Of a stretch of 64,000 bases of DNA, positions 48,353 to 60,032 are shown piece after piece. The DNA is from Cercozoa sp. M6MM (lineage: Eukaryota; Protista; Endomyxa: Ascetosporea). Each line of letters begins with the position of its first letter. The stretch's first letter is position 1. Location of the stretch: the NCBI GenBank assembly GCA_040357565.1, contig JBDODJ010000059.1, one strand, 5' to 3'. The notes below the pieces were generated by a model. It was not told where the DNA came from, searched no databases, and saw nothing but the letters and a program-made list of their open reading frames with translations. The translations under genes were made by a program, and so were the position numbers.

Positions 48353-50885
48353 TCAACTTGACGTCTGTAGATCCTCCGACTCGGCCAAGTCTTGTTCGAT
48401 CTGGATGAGAAGCGACTCGTGCGGATCGCCGCCGATCGGCACAACACGCAATGAGTCGGTCGGAATGTCAAGATCAAGTCGTGCCGGCATCTGCTGCGTG
48501 GGACAAAGGTCGGCTTTGAACGCGACCTGCAGCAGGCAGCACACAGCATGCGACACTAGCTCGCTGAGGAACTGACTGCCCATGAGTTGAGCGGCACTTG
48601 CTGCAAACAGGCCATTGTCCCGACTGTCACCCTGAAAAAATCGGAACTCGAACGAAGAAGAACATGAAGTACAGTATAAGTTACCACAAAAGAATAAATT
48701 AGATTGGCGATTTCCACAGGAACCACAGTGTCACCAAAGGTATCGTCGCACATACTCAGCAACAGTGCGCGCGAGTCTTGCTCGGCACGTGTCACAACTT
48801 GTTGCACGAGCTGCAACAACATGTCCAGCAACAAGGCACGCTCTGCAGTCTCGCGGGTGTTGCCTCGTGGTCTCTTGTTCACCTCGGTGATCCCTGTATC
48901 GATACCCAGTCGTAGCATAAATCAGGCTAGCATAAATCAGGCGACATTCAGAAAGATCACTGTGGCACTATCGATATCGATACCGGAGAGAACAAACATC
49001 CACAACAGCGCGTGAACTTCCTGGATCGAGTGCGACGACACCACGACACGCTCGCGTCGACGGTGCTTTTGCAGCAAGAGACGCTGCAGACGGAAGGCGT
49101 TCACCTGCAAAGTGGGTTCCCAGGCTTGTTGGGCACCTTGATGTGTCATGGCATGCGAGATCGTGCCGATGACTTGTGCGAGACCGTGTAGCGACTCACG
49201 TAGCTGAGACGAGTAGCGGAACTCACACGACTCGCTGAGTGACCACAGTTTAACCGACTTGAGTTCCACGCCACCTACAGCACAAGTGGGTTCCAAAAAA
49301 TAAAACATGGGTGTTAAGAAAGTAATGTACGCAACATTTGAAGCACTTGCATGGCACGATCGACGTCATCTGCTGAGGCATCGGCACATTGCGAGATGAA
49401 AGACTTTGCCATTTCCGGCAGTGATGCCAAGGCAGCGTGGATTCTGCCCTTGCCCTCCTCTGCACACCACACATCATGCGCTCTTATGCTAGTATACCAT
49501 TGTGCCATACCAAGGAACGGCAGCAAGTGCGCCCACTCGGACAATGGTTGCGATCGCACACTCGTCAGAACCTCTTGAATACTGGTGACTCCCGTATGCA
49601 TCCTCATCACTACAAGGCGTGGCACAGTGTAAGAACACATGACGTTGAGTGTTTAGACCAGTTAGGTACCGTCGACGATTGAGCCTCCAAGCGATAGACG
49701 ACGTGCGCACCTGCCGCTCACATAGGCGCCAAAGTCAAAGTGCTGCACCACCTCATGCGTAACCAATAGGCCTGCATGCACAGACACACATTGATACAGT
49801 CCACGTGCAATGCTAAAGCAGCAAACTCACGAGCGAAAAGCGAAGTGTTGCGAAAGGCCACGGAGTCACCACGCGCATTAATCCGCTCCAGCATTTTCGT
49901 GTAGTCCATACGAATACGAGTGCCTTGACTGAGAAGCACAGCGTTCATGTCGCCGAACAGGTCTGCCTTGAAGCACAGACACGTCGTATGTACGCAGGAA
50001 TTAAAAAGTAAACCCCGCTACCAGAGTAATCAGGTGTCTCCATGTTGAGCGATGGTTTCACAAGCACGTACGGCAGCCATTCATGCAACGGTACGGTGCC
50101 ACCTCTTCGTTGTACCATCTCGATGGCGCACCTCACTCGCTTGCGCACAAAGGCCGCCAGTTTATTCTACGCATAAGTATACTCGCTTGCCAACCCACAG
50201 TCTCATGCAAACTGATTGAACGAAACAGTTTACTGAACAAGGCGACTCCTCAAAAAACTCCCAGCACGTGGTAGATTTCTTCAGATACATTAGGTGATCC
50301 AAATAATGTCGCAAGGCGAACGCAGTAAGTACCAGCTTCGGCGACAGTGAGAACTCAAACTGCAAGTCGAATTCCTCCAAGCAGTGCACGAAATCCGGTT
50401 CACATGCATCTGAACCAAGCTCTTTCAGTTGTTTACAGAAAGGAAACAACTAATACCGGACAACGGGTCGTACAGCTTGGCTTCACACCACAGGAGGTAC
50501 ACCAGCGCGTTGGAAATTGCATGTTTAAGCTACAAGGGTGTCTATTTTATTAAAATCGAACCGCCAACGATAAAACTGAGTTAGATACCTCAGCGACATT
50601 TTCAGTTGCCACCCTTCGAAGTGCACGCAAAGCGTAGTTCTAACCAACAAAATTCCCGTTGCTTTTCACAAAATAAACCGCAGTCTTATCGACATGCAAA
50701 CCGTGATATCGTCGGAATGTTCGATCGAGGTTTGCACCCGCAGCATCCGGTGCGGCCATCCCTTGACTGCAACAGCAAAATAAAGCACTGGTACGCCGCA
50801 AGAGAGACAAAGTGAACGCACCGAAGGCTTTCGCCAGGGTTGGAATACAGGTTTCCACACCGAGTTTGTATTTGTACAGCGGCAT
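48353..50885 (-). CDS. Multi-exon hypothetical protein with very short introns
   Basis: A chain of open exons joined by GT-AG introns of about 35-45 nt (e.g. 50422-50456), ending ...ESLLIQIEQDLAESEDLQTSS*. I recognise no family. Confidence 0.5.
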
Positions 50886-51193
50886 TAGACTAAAATTTCA
50901 GCTTAAAAACCGAAAAAGTGACTAGAAACTGCCACATCCCCTTTTGCGTGTTTCTCTTTTTCTGTCTTTCCAAGAACGCTCCCCAAAAAGATCACGCATC
51001 TTGGTTTCCTTTGTTTAGGAGAGCGTTGTCAGACGTTTGGCAAGGCTCAATAAATAACCCAAAAGTATTAAAACCAATTTTAGTGCTTAAAGTGCTAGTG
51101 GAATAGAGAAGCTCCGAACTGTTTTTTTTTAAATTGCCTGCATCAATCATTATTTCGTTCCGGTCTCAGCCCGGAGGGCGAGTTCTGTGTTGA

Positions 51194-51264
51194 GTTCGAT
51201 CTGAATGAGAAGCGACTCGTTTGGAACGCTGCCGATCGGCACAACACGCAATGAGTCGGTTGGA
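51194..51264 (-). pseudogene. Orphan duplicate of the last exon segment (48394-48464) of the neighbouring gene
   Basis: 65/71 nt identical with frame preserved (PTDSLRVVPIGSVPNESLLIQIE versus PTDSLRVVPIGGDPHESLLIQIE). Confidence 0.65.
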
Positions 51265-51316
51265 TCGGGCCATTGAGCCGCAGTAACATATTGGTGGTGC
51301 ATTAACTAATATGATA

Positions 51317-51384
51317 ACCCACCCCAGACTGGTGCAGGGGAGCTACATAGTTGGTTTCCCAGAAGACTCAACTATCTAAACTAA
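51317..51384 (-). repeat. Inverted copy of the dispersed repeat at 15206-15276
   Basis: The reverse complement, TTAGTTTAGATAGTTGAGTCTTCTGGGAAACCAACTATGTAGCTCCCCTGCACCAGTCTGGGGTGGGT, aligns closely. Confidence 0.85.
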
Positions 51385-51494
51385 TATTTCGTTGACTGCT
51401 TGTGTCGAACATCACCATTGTCCGCATCGATGTGTGGCCGATCGAATCAAAAGCAGCAGCTGACTGGGGGCAGCGCAGGTCTAACACAGTGTCG

Positions 51495-52970
51495 TCAGTT
51501 GTTGAGCGCCGAAGGCACGGCGTCACGTCGCAGCATGCGACGCAGGTGCGCTACACTGACGTCCGAGTCGGACGGTGCTGTTGTGGAGACCGGAACTCCC
51601 GGTGCCGGCTCAGTGACAGGCACAGCGACTGCAGGTGCTGTACTGTTGATAAGAGGCGTCGCAGTCACCGAGTGACAGGCACTGACACTGACACTGTGAA
51701 CACTAGGCGCGCGCGGCGACACAAAGGCCTGCGACACGTCCTCGTACACGGAGGACGAGTGCGCGGACGGCTGCTGCAGTCGCAGCCTGCAACAAGGTCA
51801 GTACACATACAGACAGATACCAGGGTAGGTGACAGACTAGCTGACAGGGTACAGTCCAGTCAGACTGGCCGACAGGTCGGACAGGTCGGAAGCGGCCACA
51901 CTCACAGCGTCGTACTGATGAACACCCGTGAGAGACAGCATGAGAAAGGAAACACACACACACAAAGGATTTACACTGCGCGACGTGTGCTCACCCAGCG
52001 GTGGCAACACGGCCGACGATAGCTGCTCTTCTTCGGCAACTATGAGCAGTGTTAGAAGCCAAACTAATTCAGAGTTAACTGCAAAGCACCCGGTCTACGC
52101 CTTCTTCGGCGTCGCTTCGTCTGTTCAAATCACAAGACGAAATCACAAGACGAAATCAAAGAGACGTGTCCACTGCCCAGCACAGTGACACAACTAAGCA
52201 CTACCGGACTGTCAGTTGAATACGTCGTCAGCAGCTTGTGAAAGAAAGAGTCGTGCGGCGACTCGACGTACGAGCGCGCCAGTCGCATTCGCGCTGCTCT
52301 TGAAGCCTGCCACAGGATACAGCCACAAGATACAGCAAGTCGCAATCAAAGTTAAAACAACACTGTTTCAGTCGAAAACTTCAGTTTTAATTTGCGGAAC
52401 CACAACGTAAAATTCTGCGAAACAATCATCGCGAATTAGTGTTTTAGGAAATAGTTTTGAGAAATGAAAGCCAACCAAAAACAGATCAAAGTGACCCAAA
52501 TTCTGCGAACCAATCTTAGTTTTTTAGATATTGAGAAAAGAATGAAAACCAACCAAAAACTGATCAAAGTGACCAAAATTGAACACGATAACGAGTGCCT
52601 AGCAGAAACAGAAAAAACTTACAGCACGTGGACGAACACCGTGTGGCATGTCGTTGCCGTCAGTGTCACAAACCAGCGCAGCAGGTGGAGAAACCACTTT
52701 GACTGAATTGGCCGCAGCAGACGAAGCTGTGGTACTCCTGTCGTCGCATTCAGTCCGTTCGTTCAAACATGGTGAGTTGGAACCGCTGGCAGCAGCTCCT
52801 CCAGTTGTTGCGCTTGAATCACTCAAGTTTCCCAGGGCTTTCTTTTGATCGCCTGAAGCGTTGGGAGAAACGCTTCCGCGTGAAGCAGTCAGTTTAATGA
52901 TACCGACCACTGCGGTCAGCGCGCCAATCGTGAGTAGCACCAGAGGCGACACCGCCGCAGACACCGCCAT
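51495..52970 (-). CDS. Hypothetical N-anchored Ser/Thr/Pro-rich protein
   Basis: ATG 52970 is followed by hydrophobic PLVLLTIGALTAVVGII; spliced exons run to TGA at 51495. Confidence 0.55.
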
Positions 52971-53706
52971 AACACGAGGGCGGCGTCAAACCGATGATCT
53001 CCTCAAAAGATGCCGCCACCCAGCACGAAACAGACTGCAAGCTGTTCCACACTGTCACACGAAGTCAGCAGGCGCGTACGCACACGGCTGTGCTCTCAAT
53101 CGATCGTTTGAATTATTGCGAGCCGGAGCTACAGTAAAGACAGAATTCTGAGCCAGAAATAATCTCGCCGACCCTGATTGAGCTACTTGGCGTGTTTAGA
53201 GCATCTGACAGTTTATGACACTATAACGCAAAGACCCAGACCAGGACTTGATAGAATCATGCGACAATCAGTTGTGCCGAACCTGCACGTGCCAAGTGCA
53301 AGCTGAGCGCAGCGTTTGACAAAACTCTGGCCCACACCTGCTGCTTGCCTGAGGTGTCCGGCGCTAATGCGATGGTATAAAAGCAGCGAAACGTGTTTTA
53401 GAAACTCATACACTGAGACAGACAAGTACGACAAGCAGCTTAGGCCATCGCATCATCGGATACGACCTGCAAAGTGTGTCGACAACAGATTTATCTGTCA
53501 GTCTTGTGGCCTGTAGCACGCGTACGTAGGTGTGATAATTTGTATGCGTGTGTGTGTCAGTTGTAGAGGAAGATAACCACTGCTAAAAGAAGAAAACGAA
53601 AGTAGAGAAAACTTGAGAGAAAACTGAAAGGAGAAGAAAAGATAAAAAAGAAAAAAACCAACACTCGCTGGCACAAAAACACAAAGCTAACGAAATAACT
53701 GAAACG

Positions 53707-56700
53707 ATGAGAGCGATTCTGTCTCTCGTCGTGCTGCTGCTGACGCTCGTTCAAACGGCAAGTGCTGCTGGAAAGCCGCCGGGTCAGGGTGCCAAGCTGC
53801 ATGAAACGCGAATCACACAACTTGTGCAAGGTGTGTTCCTGCTATTTATGCAGCAAACCTTTTACCTTGTTTCTCGGACATGCATGTGCAGAGAACGCCA
53901 ACTTGAGTACTGTGAATCCCTAATCAATGTGCATATTCTACAAAGTACTCCTGTCCTTGTGTCCACAGAAAGCGAACTGCAGCAACTACAACGCTCATTG
54001 TCTGCTTTTGAAGAGTGTTCTGCACAGTCGCGTACCCCAACTAACGCCTTCTTTTTTTTTTTAAATAGTTGAGTCATTGTCCGTGTGTTTGTCTGTCGCT
54101 TGGTGCAGAGGGTCTTCGGGCGCAAAACGCTGACTTGGTAAGTCTGACTGTCTGCCGATTGCGGATTGATCATTTTTGGTTATGGTTGATGCGTTCAGAC
54201 GCACCAACTGCAAACGTTGCAGCAAAAACATGAAGGAAAGTTAGCAGGTACAGCATTTCAACCCTCTCCGGTACATGTTTGAGATTTGCATTTGCGGTGG
54301 TCAGAGCAAGAAGATGCAGTGCGACAAGTGCTATGTACATCAGGCCTCTCATCGCAATGTGACACAGCTTTTTGTATGTGTCTGTGTTGTTGAGCAGTGG
54401 AGAACAAGAAACTGCATGGCCAGTTGCAACAGGCAGCGCAGGCAGCCGAAGGTACACTCCTCTTCAGCTCCCAAATTACCTCACACACCGCTCAATTTGA
54501 TACTGTAAAAGAAAATGCGCGTCTCAAGCTAGCACTGACCGAATCGGTACAATCTTCTTCTTCAAAGTGCTATCATCATTTCCATCTCATCTGCTCTCGA
54601 CACGTAGGAAGCGAAACGTCAACAAGGTACCCAGCTACCCAAATAAAAGTGCAGGGAGGCTGTTTCAGGTATTTGATATTTGCCTCACTCCATCCTGTGC
54701 CAGAGAAAGACGAGACACGAGCGGAGCTTACACAATTGCAAGGCAAACTCGTGGACCTGCAGCGGAGTCTGACCGAGCAAACTGCCTGTCAAACTGAACT
54801 GGATACCCTAAAAGCTCGTACGTTTCCTCCACTTCGAGTTCCTTAAAGTTCTAGGTGGTGTCTGTGAGTGTCCTGTCTCCTTTGACTTACATCGACAACA
54901 CACTCGTATCCTGCACAGATCTGGACACTCTGCAGCAAGAAAAGACCTCCGTGGACGAAGAACTGCATGCCTGTCAGGGTACTGCTGTTTTTTAGTTAGA
55001 TAAAGAGAGGCACCTTCCTGCAGCCACACATGCTATTGAAGAAAAACAACTTCGTCTAAAAAACGAAGAGTTCGGTCAGTTTTTCCTTTAATCTTAATTC
55101 GATGAATCGAGACTGTACATTTACCACGTGGAGACAGAAGCCTCACTCCAGCGACGTGGCGCGGAATTGCAGCAGAGTCTGACCGAGCGAACCGCCTGTC
55201 AAACTGAGCTGGAGAACCTACGAGCTCGTCCGTTTCCTCCACTTCGAGTTCCTTAAAGTTCTAGGTGGTGTCTGTGAGTGCTCAACATTTTGTAGAGTTC
55301 AACGATGCCACTCGTGGGCATGAAACGAAGTGCACTGCCCAAGATGCCCGTACGAGTTGTTTTGTTCTTAATTTTATCGCAGGTCGCATGCTAAGCGTGC
55401 GTGTTCCACAGGCCTGCGAGAACTTACAGAAGAACTGGCACACGCTGTAAGTTTACCGTGTGTCTACCCGTATCTGGTATATCCGTACTGTTTTGTGTTC
55501 TGCAGCGTGCCTCAACCGACGAGGCATCGACGAGTATTTTTGCTTTCTGATTCACTGCGTGTTTTACGAAGCGATAACTTTTTTGAGCGCAGAGGCACGC
55601 GAGTTTGATCTGCAAAATACTGATCTGCAAAGCGAGCTCGGTAGCTTTCTTCTCCTCTGTAGCGATTACAACCTGCCGGTACCAGTGAGTTGAATTGACG
55701 AAACTCGTGGTGTCAACTCGTAGCTCGAAAGAACGCTCAAACAGATGAGCTCACTCAACAACTTGCAGCCAAGGTACTAATTGATTTTGCTTGTGTGAAT
55801 TGACATGCCGTGTGGTGACACAGACTGGAGAGTGTGCGACTCAGCTCACCCGTACTCATTTTCGGTCAAGTTGCTCAGCACCGGTTGTGTGCGTACCTAT
55901 TTTGGCGTAGATATCGAAGAGCAACAGCAGCAGCTGGAGACACTCCGTGCCACTCGTACACTTGTTGTCCACTGACCTACCATGTGCACGTGTTGTTTCC
56001 GGATGTGCGACAGTCGGCGAACTGGAGAAGCAACTTGGTGAGTCCAAGGACGGTCGAGACAATCTCGAAACCGAACTTCGGGATGCACGTAAATGCTCGA
56101 TTTACTCCTCGCATGTCTTTCTCCGATCGGTTCACTTCGTGAGATGGCAGGAACGGCACTCCAGCGATGTCAGGACGAACTGCAGCAAAGCCAAACCGAA
56201 CTGAAGAAACTGCATGTCTTTTGTGAGGGTGCAAATAAACACAACGCATGCGAATACTGTATGGTTTTTTCTGTAGACAAGGAGCGAGACTACTTGAAGG
56301 AATTAGAGGGACTACAAGCAGAACTGAAGACTGCCACCAGAGATCTAGAAGGTTACCTTAGCTCTCTTTCAAGTCCTTTTCTGTCTGGTCGCACTAGTTG
56401 ACACAAGCACAGAAAAGACTCGCTCGGAACGCACACTAACCGACAAGGTCACTGGACTCGAGGCAGTTCTGGCCGACACCGAGGCCACACATGGAACGAC
56501 GTGTGCTGCCCAACGTGAGGGTAGATACAAACTCACTGTTTCACTGTTTGCATACATAAACATACGGTTTACCTTGTCAGTCGTGCAAGGACTCCAACAA
56601 GAACTTGCAGCTGTGGTGCGCTTTCTTCATGTGTGTGATGTATTTGTGACTTTTGTGTACAGCGCGAAGAGATTACCATGGCTGCTACTACGGCGGAAGA

Positions 56701-59700
56701 GGATATCCAGACCTTGCAACGAAATCTGGGTATCCCTGCTGTGTCTTGTTTTCCCATCTCTACCTCATTTTCGTTGTACTTTCTCGCACAGACGCGGAAA
56801 CTGCAAAGGTAGCAGAGCTCGACGTTGAATTACAGCAGCTCCGACGCGATTTGCAACAATGCCGAGCGGGTACCTGGTCATACTTTGTTCCTGCAAACTT
56901 CTGAGCTTTCTATCTGTCTTTATTCTGTCAGAGAACGACGCAGCCAAGCAGCAACTCGGCAGCATTCAGGTCACTGTGTCGCAAAAGGACCGGCAACTTA
57001 GCGAACAAAAAGCTCAGTTCGCCTCCAAGGAACATAGTAAATTCTAACTAGACGCAGTATAAATATACAAACTCGTTAAGTGTGTCGATACTGTCGGTGT
57101 GCGTGTGCAGGTTACCAACAAGAACTGCGGCAGTGCCGAGCGGGTGCGTGCTCCCACACAAGTTTCAGTTGCTAGACTGTACCTCCCTGGTTTGATCCTG
57201 TGTGCAGAGAACAACGACATGAAGCGGCGGTTGGCGACACAGGAACTCAGTGCGAGAGAGAAAGAACGCGACCTGGCAGAGCTGCAAGCGCAACACGCTT
57301 CCGAGATACGGCGTACCTCGTTTGCATTGCTCTAACACGTGTAAACTGAAAGTGCTATGTCTTTGCAGGTTTACAACGAAGCTTGGAAGAGCAAACCAAA
57401 GTTGTAAACTGCTTTAGTTCTCTTAAACAAATGGGCAGTTAATTCCCCTTGTTTTGCAGGCTGACACGCAACGAAAAGCGTATAGAGGTACCTACTTGAG
57501 GTTTTTCCCAGTACATACCGACATTGTGTATTTCGTCAGAAACTCACGCTGCCCAAACGCGATGCAAGGCCGAACTGGCCCAAAAGTCGAAGCAACTGAC
57601 TGAGTCGGCAATTGAAGTGCAGCGACTGCAGAGAGAAAACGCACAGCTACAAGACCGTTGCAGAGCTGTGGTAGCGTGTACTTTTATATACATACAAATT
57701 GATATATATATATATATATATATTATATATAAACTTATATAAACTTATATGATTTTATAAATGATTTTGCATGTGCATCAGGGAGAACAAGAGGAGATGT
57801 GCGCGGCTCACGCTGCCGGTACGTTTTTAAAGTTACAATCGAGTATGTTTAAAGGTACGAAATTTTAGTTCTTGCCGAACGTGACGCCGAACTGACCGAG
57901 TGTCGCTCCAAGATCGAAGAACTCGAAAAACACCTCGGCACAGCACACACAGGTACTTTACTTAGTCGCCGTGACTAATTGCAGTGAGGTGCCTAAGTGC
58001 TTATGTTAGAGAACGACCTGCTCAAGGGAAAGCACACGCAACTTCAGCAAGAAGTCGAGGGTAAACTACATAGTCAAGTGTGTAAATTGATGTGCAACAT
58101 GTGTGCATGAATGCATGTGTACTGTACTGTACCAACTGCAGAACGCAAGCAAGGATATGACATCCTGAACCACAGACTCATCTTGGCACAACAAAGTGAG
58201 TAACCTGTAGTGTATTTCCAATTCCCAAACACACATGTTCACAGATCTGGATGAAACACGCACTGCGTTACTCGAACGCGAGCGAGGTAGCCTTGTTTCC
58301 AGCCTAAGTCTAACCATCCAAAAGGGTTTCTTCCCAGAAACCGAACCTCTGCGTGACGCACTCGCTCAGTTGCAGCAGCAACTGAAAGGTACACACTCGC
58401 TGTGTTAACTGTGTAAACTACAATCCTTGAAACAGACAAGGAACGACAGTGCGTTGAACGAGACACAGCGGTTCTCTTTTTCCGAACTGCACATTCATGT
58501 GCAATACTATCACTAACTTCTCCGTGCATTTAGAGCAAAGCACATGAAGCACGTGCCGCTCGGTGCGAAAAGGAACTCCAGCAACTGCAAGCCCAGTCCA
58601 AGAGAGTAAACAGTGAATTTGCTTGTCGCTTTATTGCACATCCTGTGTCTGACAGGCCGCCAAGGAACTAGAAGAACTCAGAAAGCAGAAGACGGCGCAC
58701 GAGGAAGCACTTAAAAACTTCGAAGGACAACTCGCGGCAGCCTCAGACACCTTAGAAGAGGTAGAGATTTCTGGTAGTTGTCTACTATATTGCTGTCATG
58801 CGTGTGCAGAAAATGGCACAAATGGAACGTGTTACCAACACCAAGGTACGCTCGCTTTATTCTGCCTGCGTATTTCTGTTCATGTTTTTTCGGGGTCCAC
58901 AGGTACGCCTCGCAGAGGAACGCATGAAGGAGGCTCAGCGAGGTCTCCTTTTGAAAGCAACTTCTAAATTTATTAAGAATTTACTCAATATTCCTTCATG
59001 TTGCAGCCGTGCAAAGAATTCAAACTGAACTTCGTGAGAGTCAAAAAGAAAAAACTGAGTGTCAAACTCGACTGCAAACTGTACAAGCTGGTAAAAATAA
59101 TCAAGCCACCATGTATCTGAAGTACTGCCATACCGAACAATGCATGAATAAACCTGCTGGTATAACAGAGCTTGCTGATGCCACGCGCGGTCATGTGGCA
59201 ACTTGCACCGCCCAAAAGACGCGTATCACACTCACTAACATTCCAAACCAGTATCTATCTCGATGTTTGAGTGTGTTCAGTTATTCGACAACTCGAAGAA
59301 ACCAACCGACGAGTCTCCAACGTTGAAGATCAACTGGCAGCTTCAAATACAACACTTGAGCAGTGTCAGGGCCGACTCAAGACCCAAAGCGAAGAATGTG
59401 CTGCCTTGCAGAAGCGTCGCACTCTCTTTTCCAGGGACATTGTGGTTTCTGTCAGCGTGCTTTTATGTTTGTTGTACCTGCGCAGACGCGGAAGCACTAA
59501 ACGAAGAACTCGCAACTGCCGTGAGTTTTCTCTTCCACGTGCTGCACATGAGTATTCAGAGGAAATTGTTCTAACAGCGTCAGCAAGTGACCACACTGGA
59601 AGCACGTGTCGTTGAGAAGGAAAAGGAACTTCAAACTTGTCAGGGTATGCCAGTTGGTCGTTTTTTGCTACAACTTTAACTCGACCCGCATTTTTGAATC

Positions 59701-59916
59701 AATAGACGTACTCGAGCAATGTCGGGTTGAAGTGGAAACTCAACGTGCAACAACGGAAGGACTCCACAAGGATCTCGCAGCTGCTGTATCTGTCACTTTG
59801 TCTTATGTACGTTTAGCATACTCGAACCTGAAACAGCAAACGAAAATCACTGGCAAGGACGAGGAACTGCATGACCGCCAGGGTACTGCTGTTTATCAAT
59901 TTAAAGAAAGAGAGAG

Positions 59917-59965
<49 letters not shown>

Positions 59966-59975
59966 NNNNNNNNNN

Positions 59976-60032
<57 letters not shown>

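Noticed and set aside
56205-56280. Apparent non-canonical AT-AG intron in the coiled-coil gene
   Set aside because: A nearby GTGAGG donor at about 56223 keeps the frame with a canonical intron.
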